A stretch of 64,000 nucleotides of DNA from Candidatus Bathyarchaeota archaeon (GCA_963782525.1 CAWAKC010000003.1:320001-384000), one strand, 5' to 3'. Shown: positions 1 to 10,694, counted from the stretch's first letter. Notes: generated by a model from the letters alone, not told the origin. A program made the numbers and translations.

Positions 1-1329
1 CATGCGTTTGCGTTCAGAAGAAAATGGCACTTCGGCAACTCGAGGCACATCTTTTTCTAAATCTTCCTTGCTCACACCTGCTTTGCAGGCTGCAACCACC
101 AGGGCGCCTTCTGTAGGGTCCCCTTTCACTATCCACTTCCCAGACTTTGGTTCTTTATCTAGGCTTGAATCATTGCATAATGTTGCGATTTTCAGCAGTA
201 ATCGAAGGTTTTCATCTAATGCGACCGTTTTGTCTTCAAGTTGGAATTCGCCCTCTGGAGCATAACCGATTCCTGTGACCTTGAAGGTTTGATTGTTAAC
301 ATAGAGGCGTTGGACGGTCATTTCGCCCTTGGTCATTGTTCCTGTTTTGTCGCTGCAGATGACGCTGGTGCTTCCAAGCGTCTCCACTGCTGGTAACCGT
401 TTGACTATGGTGTTGACTTTTGCCATGCGGTACATGCCGATGGCAAGCGAGCCAGTGATTATGGCTGGTAACGCTTCAGGAACAGCTGCCACAGCAAGGC
501 TAATCGCCCAAAGAAGCATGTCGACCACGGCGCGGTGCTCAACAAATATCCCAACCACACCAACGCTTGAAGCGACGACCACGCATAGGATGCCTATCCA
601 TTTGCCAACGCCGCTCATTCGTTTCTCCAAGGGCGTCTGTTCCTGCGGTGCTGCTTGAACCAACTCAGCGATTTTTCCAAACTCCGTATTCATACCTGTT
701 GAAGTAACTACTGCTTTGCCCCGTCCGTAAACGATGACTGTCCCACTGAAAACTAAGTTTCGCCTATCATTAAGCGGGGTTTGTTCAGGCAACGGCAAGG
801 TGAATTTGTTGACAGGAGAGGATTCCCCAGTTAATGGAGCTTCATCTGTTTTCATCGTAGAGACTTCGAGAAGTCTTGCGTCAGCGGGAACTTTGTCGCC
901 TGTGTAGAGAAAGATTATGTCGCCTGGAACCAGCTGATTAGCAGGAATTTTTGCTTCTTTGCCGTCTCGGAGAACGTTTGCGGTTGGTGCCGTCATTCTT
1001 TTGAGTGCTTCAACTGCTTTTTCGCTGCGGTATTCTTGGGTGAACCCTAATGTTGCACTGGCTATGACGATGGCGATTATAATGATGGCATCGGTTACTT
1101 CTCCAACAGCAATTGAAAGCCCTGTTGCTATTAGAAGGATAATCATGAGGACGTCAGTGAATTGGCTAAGTAAAAGTTTGAGGGGGGAGGTTCGTTTTTC
1201 TTTTTTGATTTCGTTAGGGCCGTATTCTTTGAGTCGTTGTTGTGCGTCTTGATTTGTTAACCCATTGGGTGTTACGCGTAATTCGCTTAGTCCCTCTTCG
1301 GCGGTTTTGCTATGCCACTGATTCGGCAT
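1..1329 (-). CDS. Cation-transporting P-type ATPase (Ca2+/PMR1-like), N-terminal part; runs off the left edge
   Basis: Not in the ORF track. Manual translation from ATG 1329 gives MPNQWHSKTAEEGLSELRVTPNGLTNQDAQQRLKEYGPNEI..., with LTGES (~825-835), PEALP and the ICSDKTGT phosphorylation motif (~337-360). Confidence 0.93.
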   Translation of the reverse strand, partial: MPNQWHSKTAEEGLSELRVTPNGLTNQDAQQRLKEYGPNEIKKEKRTSPLKLLLSQFTDVLMIILLIATGLSIAVGEVTDAIIIIAIVIASATLGFTQEYRSEKAVEALKRMTAPTANVLRDGKEAKIPANQLVPGDIIFLYTGDKVPADARLLEVSTMKTDEAPLTGESSPVNKFTLPLPEQTPLNDRRNLVFSGTVIVYGRGKAVVTSTGMNTEFGKIAELVQAAPQEQTPLEKRMSGVGKWIGILCVVVASSVGVVGIFVEHRAVVDMLLWAISLAVAAVPEALPAIITGSLAIGMYRMAKVNTIVKRLPAVETLGSTSVICSDKTGTMTKGEMTVQRLYVNNQTFKVTGIGYAPEGEFQLEDKTVALDENLRLLLKIATLCNDSSLDKEPKSGKWIVKGDPTEGALVVAACKAGVSKEDLEKDVPRVAEVPFSSERKRM

Positions 1330-1885
1330 CCTGCGGTTCCTCTCTTGCATGTTTTTTGTGGTAAATTACGCTGTGTTTGTACAAGGAAATTGCGCCGATA
1401 AACAAAACACTCAAACTTAAAAGCCAAACAATCCAGGCAAAAATTGTTCCATTAAGAATTATCTGTTTTTGCCATTGCCATGGAAAATCAACGACTTTCC
1501 CAAGAGGCCACGCACCAATAACCTGATAAGTAAACCCAAAAGCTGTCAACAATATTGCAGCGTACTGCTTATCCGCAGGGGCTTGAGGGCTTATTCCACG
1601 AAGGCTGTAATTGCAAAGCATTATTGCACCGATAATTAACGCTATGAAACTTGTCACGAAGAAAATTGGGGCTATGAAACTTCGTGGCAAAACCGTGTTG
1701 ATTTCTGAGGGTGGGTAAGTTGTGATGTCTTTTCCTAAGTCAAATATGGTCCAACGGCTAAGCAGAACGGAAGTCAGATAGAATACTCCGTAGGATGCTA
1801 AAAATAGGCCAAGAGATACTTTGTGGCTTCTTACATAATTGGAAAACTTGTTTAGGTAGGTTTGTTTTTGGATTTGGCTGCTCAT
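1310..1885 (-). CDS. Hypothetical membrane protein (about 4 TM), overlaps the ATPase start
   Basis: 191-aa ORF with four hydrophobic segments; likely co-transcribed with the ATPase. Confidence 0.7.
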   Translation of the reverse strand: MSSQIQKQTYLNKFSNYVRSHKVSLGLFLASYGVFYLTSVLLSRWTIFDLGKDITTYPPSEINTVLPRSFIAPIFFVTSFIALIIGAIMLCNYSLRGISPQAPADKQYAAILLTAFGFTYQVIGAWPLGKVVDFPWQWQKQIILNGTIFAWIVWLLSLSVLFIGAISLYKHSVIYHKKHAREEPQDAESVA

Positions 1886-1985
1886 TAGGGTCCTGGCTTG
1901 AACTATTTTTAGCGACTTTATGATATATTAGTTTTTAAATTTTTTTTAATATGTCTATCAATTCTGTCCTGCAACATGAAGAGAA

Positions 1986-2190
1986 GTTGTTGTTGTTGTT
2001 GTTGTTGTTGTTGTTGCAACTGCATTTTGCAGACCGATTGCAACAACAATCAAAGACAAACCCAAATTGCAACGCTAATTCCTTAAGCAAAGATGACAAA
2101 ACCGTAACCACAACAAACCCAGAGAAGATGCTGCTGCTGATGCTGCTGCAAACCAATTCACCCCAGCTGTTGCAACAATCAAACCATCTT
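1986..2190. repeat. (GTT)10 microsatellite forming the arm of a GTTGTTGCAA...TTGCAACAAC palindrome, followed by a GCT-repeat variant
   Basis: Ten GTT units at 1986-2015; complementary TTGCAACAAC at ~2038-2047; second unit AGAAGATGCTGCTGCTGATGCTGCTGC at ~2123-2149. Confidence 0.85.
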
Positions 2191-2291
2191 TAACAAACCC
2201 AAATCAGAACGGCTTAATCCCCACAACTACAATGTAAGTTTCAAAGCTTAAATGGAACAAAATCGTTTCTCTTCCAAAAGAGGCAAAATCT

Positions 2292-3197
2292 GTGGCTAAC
2301 GAAATAATCCAAGATGGCGACTACGTTCTAATCTACTTGGACGCTCGCAGAACTTACATGATAAAGATGCAGGCAGGACAAACCTTCCACACCCACAAAG
2401 GCTACCTGAAACTCGATGAACTCATCGGCAAACCTTATGGTGAACCCATCAAGAGCAGCATGGGCATCTACTTCACCACCCTAAAACCCATCTTAACCGA
2501 TTACATCATGAAATCCAGCCGTAACACACAGATTATTTACCCCAAAGACGCCGCCTTAATCGTTATGTTCAGCGGCATCGGACCAGGCAGCCGCGTAGTC
2601 GAATCAGGCACAGGAACAGGGTCGTTAACCACTGCTTTAGCGCAATATGTTGGAGATACAGGTAAAGTTTACACTTACGAATTGCGCCCAGAGTTTCAGA
2701 AGAACGCGAAAAAGAATCTTGAGCGCTCAAAACTAATCGAGCGCGTCGAAATGAAAAGCGGCGACGTCACAGTTACCGGCTACGAAGAACGCGATGTTGA
2801 CGCTGCAATTTTGGATCTTGCAGTCCCATGGCTTGTAGTTCCGCACGCTTATACAGCCCTCAAACCCTCAGGAGTCCTAATCTCGTTTAGCCCCACAATC
2901 GACCAAGTGGTAAAAAGCACCGAGGCACTCCGCGAAAACGGCTTTGTCTTCATCGAAACCATCGAGTGCTTAATGCGTACCATGCAGGTTGAACGAGGCA
3001 AAACCCGACCTAACACGATGATGACGGGTCACACAGGCTACATTACCCATGCAAGAAAAATCCTCAAGCCACCTGTCCAAGAAACCCCGCAGATACCGGC
3101 ACTTTCCCAAGAAGCAATGCCAGAAGTAACTGTAAAAGAACCTACAATTGAAGAAACAGAAAATAATGAAGAATTGGCCGCAGAAGAAACTGCCTAA
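2292..3197 (+). CDS. trmI: tRNA (adenine-N1)-methyltransferase, TrmI/Gcd14 family
   Basis: TQIIYPKD, VVESGTGTGSLT SAM motif, ILDLAVPW, TRPNTMMTGHTGY; acidic tail. Confidence 0.93.
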   Translation: MANEIIQDGDYVLIYLDARRTYMIKMQAGQTFHTHKGYLKLDELIGKPYGEPIKSSMGIYFTTLKPILTDYIMKSSRNTQIIYPKDAALIVMFSGIGPGSRVVESGTGTGSLTTALAQYVGDTGKVYTYELRPEFQKNAKKNLERSKLIERVEMKSGDVTVTGYEERDVDAAILDLAVPWLVVPHAYTALKPSGVLISFSPTIDQVVKSTEALRENGFVFIETIECLMRTMQVERGKTRPNTMMTGHTGYITHARKILKPPVQETPQIPALSQEAMPEVTVKEPTIEETENNEELAAEETA

Positions 3198-4819
3198 ATC
3201 TTATCTTTCATTTTGTGTTTAGCTGACTCAGGCATGGGCATGCTGAGTTGCCAAACGGCTTGTTTTAGTTGTTCGCTTTTTTCGCCTCGTGTTAAACCAT
3301 AGTACGTGCCCAATATTTTGCCGAAGTATGGGATTATGAAGCTGTCGAAGGTTTTGTAAAGTAGTGGGTTGGGTATGCGGTTTTCTAGGAAGGTTGGTTT
3401 CCAGATTTTGATGTTGTATTCCCAGCATTTGATGAAGAGTTCCCAGCGTGCTTTGCTGAGTGAATCCATTTCGGCGCCTTTCTTGTTCATCAGAACGCAG
3501 TTTTCAAGTGGCACGAAGAAGAGCGGCACATAGAATGCGTTGTAGCCTTTGAGTTTATCCATCAACTCCAATGTCTGGAGCATATCTTCTTCTTTTTCCT
3601 CAGGCAACCCAATGATGAGTGTTGCCAGGGGGTACCAGTCGTTATCATTTAGGATGCCAAAGGCATTTGTTACAACGTCTTGCCACTGTTCAGGCTTAAA
3701 CGGCAACATCTTACCCGCCATGTACTTCTTCATGAGACGGGGACTACCCGTTTCAACGCCTGTTTCCGCAGTGATTATTGGTTTTTTGCCGAAACTATAC
3801 CAGCTTTTCTCAATGAGGATTTCAGCGAGCTGCTTAATCATCAAAGGGTCATGCCAAACAGGAGCCAATGACATATGTGACGCCTGAATGCTCTTGACGC
3901 CAGGGTGGTCGGCGACACTTTTGACAAGTTTCACAACGGCTTCACGGTTGGGAATGAATGTTTTCTCTGTTGCCCCATAGATGAACAGGTCTTCTGTAAT
4001 TAGGGTAATGTGGTCGCTGCCTTGAGCGGTGCTAAGGGCAACTTCCTGCATAATTTTATCCAGCGGCACATCAACTTTATTCTGCATAGTAGGCGTGCAG
4101 AATTGGCAGTTTCTACCGCAGCCCTTGCTAATTTCCACAGCTCCGTGTATAGCAACGTTATTGGTTAAGGGCATTTCGACATTGTAGTTCCAGTTGTTTA
4201 AGGACTCATCAGCTTTAGCGATACGCGGAATGGGTTCACCGCTTAATGCTTTCTTGAATAGCTCCACGATTGGTCCGGGTCTGCCGCCGACTAAAACACA
4301 GTCAACGCCATAACTGTCTGAGACGTGTTTACGTTCCAGCTGCCATGAACCGAAACCACCTACAATGATTTTTGGCTTGTACTTTTTGATGGAGGGGTGC
4401 ATGACGAGTTTGCGGAATTCAATGGCGTTCATGGGTTCGCCGCCGCCAACAATAGATGAATATGTTTTGCTGACATATCCCATGCCCGTTGGGTCCATGC
4501 TGGATATGCCAACGACTTTGGTTTCTGGACCGATAAAGTTCTGCAGATCATCTGGGTGAGCCACTGCGATATCCTTCGGGGAAAAACCGCCTTGCAGAAG
4601 AATGGATTCTACTTTTCGCAGTCCGTATGGTGCGAACTTTGCTTGCCCGTCCGGTTTGCGGCCAGTGTGAGGATAAAGCGTTTTCCGCACGTATGATAAT
4701 GGGATCGGACCTTTGCCGAAGCCTCCAACGAACGCGATAAATGGATTATTAAAAAAATCGCTCATTTCTGTAGCGGATGCGGTTAGAACGATTTTCCTGC
4801 CCAATACTGCTGATGCCAA
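3194..4819 (-). CDS. Radical SAM protein (B12-binding-domain-type archaeal family)
   Basis: CGRNCQFC CxxxCxxC motif; APYGLRKVE and VVGISSMDPTG N-terminal motifs; GVETGS. Confidence 0.85.
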   Translation of the reverse strand: MASAVLGRKIVLTASATEMSDFFNNPFIAFVGGFGKGPIPLSYVRKTLYPHTGRKPDGQAKFAPYGLRKVESILLQGGFSPKDIAVAHPDDLQNFIGPETKVVGISSMDPTGMGYVSKTYSSIVGGGEPMNAIEFRKLVMHPSIKKYKPKIIVGGFGSWQLERKHVSDSYGVDCVLVGGRPGPIVELFKKALSGEPIPRIAKADESLNNWNYNVEMPLTNNVAIHGAVEISKGCGRNCQFCTPTMQNKVDVPLDKIMQEVALSTAQGSDHITLITEDLFIYGATEKTFIPNREAVVKLVKSVADHPGVKSIQASHMSLAPVWHDPLMIKQLAEILIEKSWYSFGKKPIITAETGVETGSPRLMKKYMAGKMLPFKPEQWQDVVTNAFGILNDNDWYPLATLIIGLPEEKEEDMLQTLELMDKLKGYNAFYVPLFFVPLENCVLMNKKGAEMDSLSKARWELFIKCWEYNIKIWKPTFLENRIPNPLLYKTFDSFIIPYFGKILGTYYGLTRGEKSEQLKQAVWQLSMPMPESAKHKMKDKI

Positions 4820-5028
4820 ACCTTAGTCTTCCTCACGAATAAACTAAATGATTAGTCCATAGCGCATTTAAGAATTACTATAGCTAACATGTTGAGCCTA
4901 AGAAATTTGACGAAAAATCCAGTTACCGCTAATTAATTTGCAGAAATCCCGTCCATTCAAAACTTGAAAAGAAAGAACTTGGTATTCGGCAATCTTTAAT
5001 TTAGTAATGTATCTTTTATCTCAGAGGG

Positions 5029-5619
5029 GTGCCAGCAGTCACTTCTAAAAGGTTTCAGCCCAGAGCTCATCTAGCAACAATCGCTTTGCTATCATTCATT
5101 TTATCTTTCATAGCTGCAAGAGCATTCACAACATTCTTTCCTTCCACCGTCTTGATCACTAGCGGTATCCACATTCACCATTTCTGGTTTGGCATCGCCT
5201 TAGTTGCCCTCGGCGGTTGGCTGGGAATCAGCTATAACGACGAAGAAACTAGCAGAGTTGCCTCTATCCTCTATGGCGCAGGCGGAGGATTAATCGTTGA
5301 TGAAGTAGGATTGTTGCTTACTTTCGGAAATTACTGGACGAGTTTAACGTACGCTTTCCTTGTGGTTTTCCTATCTTTCATTGTTGTAATACTGCTCTTT
5401 TACAGGTATAGAACGGTAATAGAGGAAGAACTTTCAGAGTTTGCACGAAGTAAATTAAATTTGTACGTGGGAATTTTTCTTGCCGCCCTTTCACTTGCAT
5501 TCGTCATTCAAACACATAATTTCTTGGTCGCCGTAATCGCTGGTGCGGTAGCGGCCTTCGCCACAATCCTCATAGTTGTTTCTCTATTTCGACAACTCAG
5601 AAACACAAAAAATGACTAA
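5029..5619 (+). CDS. Hypothetical membrane protein (HIHHFWFG ... GLIVDEVGLL family)
   Basis: About 6 hydrophobic helices with an HIHH motif. Confidence 0.75.
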   Translation: MPAVTSKRFQPRAHLATIALLSFILSFIAARAFTTFFPSTVLITSGIHIHHFWFGIALVALGGWLGISYNDEETSRVASILYGAGGGLIVDEVGLLLTFGNYWTSLTYAFLVVFLSFIVVILLFYRYRTVIEEELSEFARSKLNLYVGIFLAALSLAFVIQTHNFLVAVIAGAVAAFATILIVVSLFRQLRNTKND

Positions 5620-5867
5620 ATCACATTTTTGCGACGAAAAGAATGAGCCAGCATATTCGAAAAATGATTTGCTTATATACTAAATTTTCGCATTCTCCCT
5701 GTTTCCATCCAAGACTCTATGGAACATAACTTTTTGTCTCCCAAAAAATTTAGAACGAAAGTTAAAAACCAGCATTTTTAGGTCTCGCATTTTAGCTTAT
5801 AAGTTCAAACAATTTTTTATATCCTCATCGCCTACTGAAATCTAGATTACAATTAGGAGAAATTATC

Positions 5868-6521
5868 TTGGTTAATCGTTTCACCAGTAAATGGACAAAA
5901 AAAGAAAATGAGGAACCGTCGCTTGCCTCAAAAATAATGAATGTTGGGAAACCTCAGGTAGATTTGAAGGAACAAATAAGCGTAGTTACGCAACGTTTAG
6001 ATACACAAACTAGATCGTTGGATGCCGCTGTTCACCGTTTTGAACTTCGGGATGCGGAAATTTTTCAGCGAGTCGTCAAAGCTATGACGCAGAGAGACAC
6101 TGCCCGAGCGAACATTTTTGCCACGGAACTTGGTGAAATACGCAAAGTCGAAAAGATGCTGTCCCATGCCTCCCTTGCCCTACAAAGCGTGTCCATGCGT
6201 CTGAGCACAGTTTCAGAAATGGGCGATGTAGTTGCTATGTTGAGCCCTGCAAAAAGCATGCTAAACAGTGTACGCACAGAGATGTGTGGTATTCTTCCCG
6301 AAGCAAGCCAAGAACTGGGAAACATCGGCTGCCTGCTCTCAGACATTGTTTCAACCACAAACCAAAGCAGCAACATGCCCGAGAACACGATAATGGCAAG
6401 CGCAGATGCAATGTCAATTCTCCAAGAAGCAGAGATAGCTGCAGAGAAGAAGCTGGGCGAAAAATTCCCTGAAGTAGGCTCTGGAGCAGTCGAGAATAAA
6501 CGCACAAGCATCGAAGCCTAA
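5868..6521 (+). CDS. ESCRT-III / Snf7 family protein (CdvB-like paralog)
   Basis: Helical protein with RANIFATELGEIRK, LALQSVSMRLSTVSEMGDVV and ILQEAEIAAEKKLGEKFPE, typical of TACK CdvB/Snf7 homologs. Confidence 0.85.
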   Translation: MVNRFTSKWTKKENEEPSLASKIMNVGKPQVDLKEQISVVTQRLDTQTRSLDAAVHRFELRDAEIFQRVVKAMTQRDTARANIFATELGEIRKVEKMLSHASLALQSVSMRLSTVSEMGDVVAMLSPAKSMLNSVRTEMCGILPEASQELGNIGCLLSDIVSTTNQSSNMPENTIMASADAMSILQEAEIAAEKKLGEKFPEVGSGAVENKRTSIEA

Positions 6522-6532
6522 CTTTATGCATT

Positions 6533-6570
6533 ATAACCTGTGATTACAGGTTATCCTTCCTTTTCTTTCA
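6533..6570 (+). terminator. Hairpin plus pyrimidine tract after the ESCRT-III gene
   Basis: Perfect 9-bp stem ATAACCTGT-GATT-ACAGGTTAT followed by CCTTCCTTTTCTTT. Confidence 0.55.
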
Positions 6571-6900
6571 TACCCCCTAATCGACTCAGACAATGAACTA
6601 TAGCGTTACTATTATTTTTCTTTCAAATAGTTTAAAAAGGAAAAACCGAAGCGCTCAAAAAAACCGTCACTTTGTTCATATTTCGCCTGGGAAACCTATA
6701 CTTCTTCGTCATATAGGATTTCCCAGACTTTGCCGTCTGGGTAACTCTGAGCTATCATCTGATGTCTAGCTAATGCCTTCTCATCATTCGGCAAAAAACA
6801 ATAGCGCCGCTGAAAGATAAAAACATTGATACATCTAAAGCTGATTGCAGGGAACACTTTTATTTTCGAAAACAAATAATCTGGGGTAGGAGTCGAAATT

Positions 6901-7473
6901 ATGGATTTTGTTGGAAGTCAAACAGAAAAGAATCTTTTAGCTGCGTTTGCAGGCGAATCTCAAGCACGCAACCGCTACACATTCTTTGCAAGCGTAGCCA
7001 AAAAAGCAGGTTACGAACAAATCGGCGCGATTTTTGAAGAAACCGCAGGCAACGAAAAAGAACACGCAGAGTTATTCTTTAAACATCTTAAGGGCGGAAT
7101 GGTTGAAATCAAAGCATCGTACCCTGCAGGCGTATTCGCTTTAACAGCTGACCACCTTAAAGCAGCTGCAGAAGGCGAGAAGCTTGAGTGGGGAACGCTG
7201 TACCCGAATTTCGGCGACGTCGCAGAAAAAGAAGGGTTCCCAGAAGTTGCCCGAACATTCCGCATGATCGCAAAAGTAGAAGCCTACCATGAACGCAGAT
7301 ACAACAAACTACTCGAAAGCCTGCAACAGGGCAAAGTCTTCAAAAAAGATGCGCCAGTAAAGTGGAAATGCAGAAACTGCGGATTAGTAATCGAAGGAAC
7401 CAATGCACCTGACATGTGCCCAACATGCAATCATCCTAAAGCGTACTTTGAAGTCTGGGTAGAAAACTACTAA
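6901..7473 (+). CDS. rbr: Rubrerythrin
   Basis: AFAGESQARNRY, ExxH diiron motifs, C-terminal rubredoxin-like WKCRNCG...CPTCNHP. Confidence 0.95.
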   Translation: MDFVGSQTEKNLLAAFAGESQARNRYTFFASVAKKAGYEQIGAIFEETAGNEKEHAELFFKHLKGGMVEIKASYPAGVFALTADHLKAAAEGEKLEWGTLYPNFGDVAEKEGFPEVARTFRMIAKVEAYHERRYNKLLESLQQGKVFKKDAPVKWKCRNCGLVIEGTNAPDMCPTCNHPKAYFEVWVENY

Positions 7474-8040
7474 CCACACTTTTTTCATATTTTTTTATTC
7501 TATGGTTGAAAAAAGACCCAATAAGACCAACCTTCTTGAGAAAATCTGGTTTTTAAGGTTACAACTTAGTAGCGCTGAAACATTAAATACGCGTATCAAC
7601 AAAAAACCAAATAGAAATCTGTGAATCTAAAAACAAAAATTTTCCCTTAACCTTTCAAAACATAAAAAAGGAAGACCTCAGACACGACTACTTTACTTTG
7701 TAGTCTAGTTGCTCCACGCTATAGTTCACACTTTTTACCCTGTCTTTTTTTAGTTTTGGAGGCATTAAAATGGAACAGGGAAAAGACTTCACGATTGAGC
7801 TTTTCAAGCCTCGCAAACATGGACCCCGAAGCGATAAAGGAAAAAGTCATTATTACCCCAAAGAGCGAAGAAAATGGCAATAATCTTCTATCTGTAAAGC
7901 CATTCATATCATTTATGACTAAATTAACTTTAATTTCTATTAGTTAGCGAATTATTTTGGAAAAAATCGCGTTGCCAAGTCAAGAAGCAAAGTGAGTACA
8001 TCTTTATTTTCCATAATTTTGTCTTTAATTTTACTCAATG

Positions 8041-8475
8041 TTAATTTTTCATCTCATTTTTTGTCTCTTTTATCATCTCGTCAAGCATTTCAAAAAGCAA
8101 TTTTTTGAAGTTAAGTTCATATTCTTTCAAGGAATACCTAAATTCCATATCGTCTTCAGAGTCTCTAAGTGCTTCAATATTACATTGCATATCCTTCAGA
8201 CGGTCTAAACACTGTTTCAAAGATTTTGAGATATTAGGATTTTTTTCTAATATATGCTCTATTTCTGTTGAAAAAGTTCGTAATTCATTTGCGTCATCAA
8301 CATAAAGCCTTTTATCAGAGGGTAATGTGTGAATCGCTATTTTTCCGGTCTTTTTTTCTTTTGGACGTAAAGAGGCCATATATTTCCCAAGACCCTCACC
8401 TAAAGCTGGGTCTACCGCATACTTTTCTGCTGGGAGCAAGGGCGCAAGTTTGAGGGCTAACTTATTTTTCGTCAA
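8041..8475 (-). CDS. Hypothetical protein
   Basis: 144-aa charged helical ORF in AT-rich DNA; no recognised motif. Confidence 0.55.
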   Translation of the reverse strand: MTKNKLALKLAPLLPAEKYAVDPALGEGLGKYMASLRPKEKKTGKIAIHTLPSDKRLYVDDANELRTFSTEIEHILEKNPNISKSLKQCLDRLKDMQCNIEALRDSEDDMEFRYSLKEYELNFKKLLFEMLDEMIKETKNEMKN

Positions 8476-8580
8476 ACCCCTGAATTTCGGTTCAACCAGT
8501 ACTCGGAAACTAAAAAACTACCTCATCACTTACTCTATCCGTAATCAAGAAATGCAGGCTTCTCACACCTTTCCTGCAGT

Positions 8581-8607
8581 GGAGATAAACAAAATTTGTT
8601 TGTCTCC
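8581..8607. promoter_or_regulatory. Palindromic operator-like site between divergent genes
   Basis: GGAGATAAACAAA-A-TTTGTTTGTCTCC, with 12 of 13 positions complementary. Confidence 0.45.
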
Positions 8608-8858
8608 CCTCTGAGTTCCCTTTTTTGAAGTAACCTTTTCCATAACACATAATGATTATTTTTTAGAAAATTAAACCTTAGACATGGCTTTCAACAATGA
8701 CTTCAATTAGAAACAAAGATTACTGAAATATGCACTTGTGACTGTCCAATCACAACAACAATGCCTTTTAAATAAAGTTATTCAAAGTTAACTTGCTTAC
8801 TGAGAAAGCTAACAAAAAGTAGGGTAGCTTTAGAATTTTAGTCGGAGGTGAAAAAATA

Positions 8859-9935
8859 ATGGAAGATATTGTTGATATTGCAATTGCAGCTGGAGGTTTT
8901 AAAACATTTGTCATGGCAGTTCATGCTGCAGGATTAGACGAAACACTAAAAGGTCCCGGGCCATTCACAATTTTTGCGCCAGATGACAGTGCTTTTTCAT
9001 TGCTTCCAGCAGGCTCAGTTGATGAAATGATGAAGAATGTTCCAAAGCTTAAGGCGATTCTTATGTACCATGTTGTTCCAGGAAAATTTACAGTTGACGA
9101 AATAGGCCAAATGAAGTCAGCCAAAACTATCCAAGGGCAGGAAATCCAGATTGATGGACGCAAATGGCATATTTTGCATATAAACCCAGTAATCAATAAT
9201 GATGCACACATCATAAACACTGACGTTGTTACAGACAACGGCATAGTCCATGTTGTAAACAGAGTACTAATGCCAAATATGGAGCTAACTTGCCCAATTT
9301 GCGGAATGGGGTTCATGACCAAGCAAGCATTGGATGAACACACCAAGATGGCGCACGTAGTTGAGAAACCAGCAGAAGCTTCAACGCCTGCCGAAGTTAT
9401 GCCAGTAGTTGAAAAAGTCGCAGAACCGATGCCAAGCACTGAGGTCATGCCATTAGTTGAGGAGATGCCTGAAGCATCGCCACCCACCGAAGCGATAACC
9501 GAGTTGATGCCTGTTATTGCAAAAGTGACAGGGGTTTTTGAGGTTTTTTACGATGCTACTTGTCGCTTCCGTTTCCATCTAAAAGCTGGCAATGGACAGA
9601 TAATAGCTGCAAGCCAATCTTATGGAGCAAAAGAGTCTGCTTTAAAGGGAATTGCTTCGATAAAAAAGAATGCACCCATTGCAAAGGTCGCCGATTTAGC
9701 GGCTACACAGAACATGGAGGAGTCTGCGCATCGGGGAGTTGTCCAAGACCCTGTTTTTGAAATTCATTGTGATGCTGCTGGAAAGTTCCGTTTCAATCTG
9801 AAAGCTGGCAATGGACAGATAATAGCTGTAAGCCAATCTTACTTATCAAGAACATCGGCTGAAAATGGCATAGAATCCATAAAGAAGAATGCTCCAACAG
9901 CCAAGATCATTGACCAATCTACTGCTATGACGTAG
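8859..9935 (+). CDS. Fasciclin (FAS1) - C2H2 zinc finger - Pro/Glu linker - two YegP/DUF1508 domains fusion
   Basis: GPFTIFAPDDSAF, LMYHVVPG, DNGIVHVVNRVL; CPICGMGFMTKQALDEHTKMAH; two FRFxLKAGNGQIIAxSQSY repeats; GGAGGTG SD. Confidence 0.88.
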   Translation: MEDIVDIAIAAGGFKTFVMAVHAAGLDETLKGPGPFTIFAPDDSAFSLLPAGSVDEMMKNVPKLKAILMYHVVPGKFTVDEIGQMKSAKTIQGQEIQIDGRKWHILHINPVINNDAHIINTDVVTDNGIVHVVNRVLMPNMELTCPICGMGFMTKQALDEHTKMAHVVEKPAEASTPAEVMPVVEKVAEPMPSTEVMPLVEEMPEASPPTEAITELMPVIAKVTGVFEVFYDATCRFRFHLKAGNGQIIAASQSYGAKESALKGIASIKKNAPIAKVADLAATQNMEESAHRGVVQDPVFEIHCDAAGKFRFNLKAGNGQIIAVSQSYLSRTSAENGIESIKKNAPTAKIIDQSTAMT

Positions 9936-10325
9936 AATCCTTAATTTTCTCTTTATTTTTTGTTTAATCATCACCGTGAGGAGACTAATCATTATAGCTT
10001 TATACTTCCCAAACAAAAATGTGGCTGATTTATTTAAGTAACCTAAGCTGAATTTCATGCTTTTAAGCAGTCACTTGAAACGACTCAGTAAGGCAGTGGA
10101 GACTGAGGTGAAAGCAAAAGCCGAGATTCAACCCTTTTAAATGAAAGGCAAGAGATTTAGATTATGTTTAGCGATTTGTGTTTCTTTCATTTCAAAAAGG
10201 CAGGCTCAAACGATTTCTTTGAGGTACAAAGAGTATCCACCACATAGAACAAGGACGTAGCTGATAGAAAGAAGTCCACGAATAAAGTTGGGATTTATCG
10301 TTAGAGGAAGGTTTTGTTTAAGGAT

Positions 10326-10694
10326 TTATCTCGCAATCAATAGTGGGGTTGCTTGAATTTGGATTTTGTTGTTGGTTTCTAAATTCTTGCAGATGAGATT
10401 GAGGGAACTTTCAGTGTAGCTTAGAAGACTTTTGCCATCATTAGTTAGATTGTATACTTTTCTGGGTCTTTCATAATCGATGTTCCAGGAGCTTTTTACG
10501 TAGCCTTTTTTCTCCAGTAGTCCTAGTAGGGGGTAGACGGTGCTGGGTCCGAAGTAGACGCCGAAATCTTTGCGAATTTTGGTGATGAGTTGGTATCCAT
10601 GCATGGATTCTTGGTTTAAATTTTGAAGAATAATTGTGTCTAATAGGCCTTTGGTAAGTTTGGTTTGGACTTCTTTTTGATATTTGTTGTTCAT
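10326..10694 (-). CDS. PadR family transcriptional regulator
   Basis: MHGYQLI...GPSTVYPLLGLLEKKGYV...RPRKVYNLTNDG. Confidence 0.92.
   Translation of the reverse strand: MNNKYQKEVQTKLTKGLLDTIILQNLNQESMHGYQLITKIRKDFGVYFGPSTVYPLLGLLEKKGYVKSSWNIDYERPRKVYNLTNDGKSLLSYTESSLNLICKNLETNNKIQIQATPLLIAR

Noticed and set aside
2-1252. Plus-strand ORFs at 2, 329 and 959, and other antisense ORFs over dnaK, alaS, the kinase and mae
   Set aside because: Shadows of well-supported genes on the opposite strand.
1935-2193. ORFs with poly-Leu (+) and poly-Asn (-) runs
   Set aside because: Explained by the (GTT)10/(GCT)n repeat; no other coding signal.
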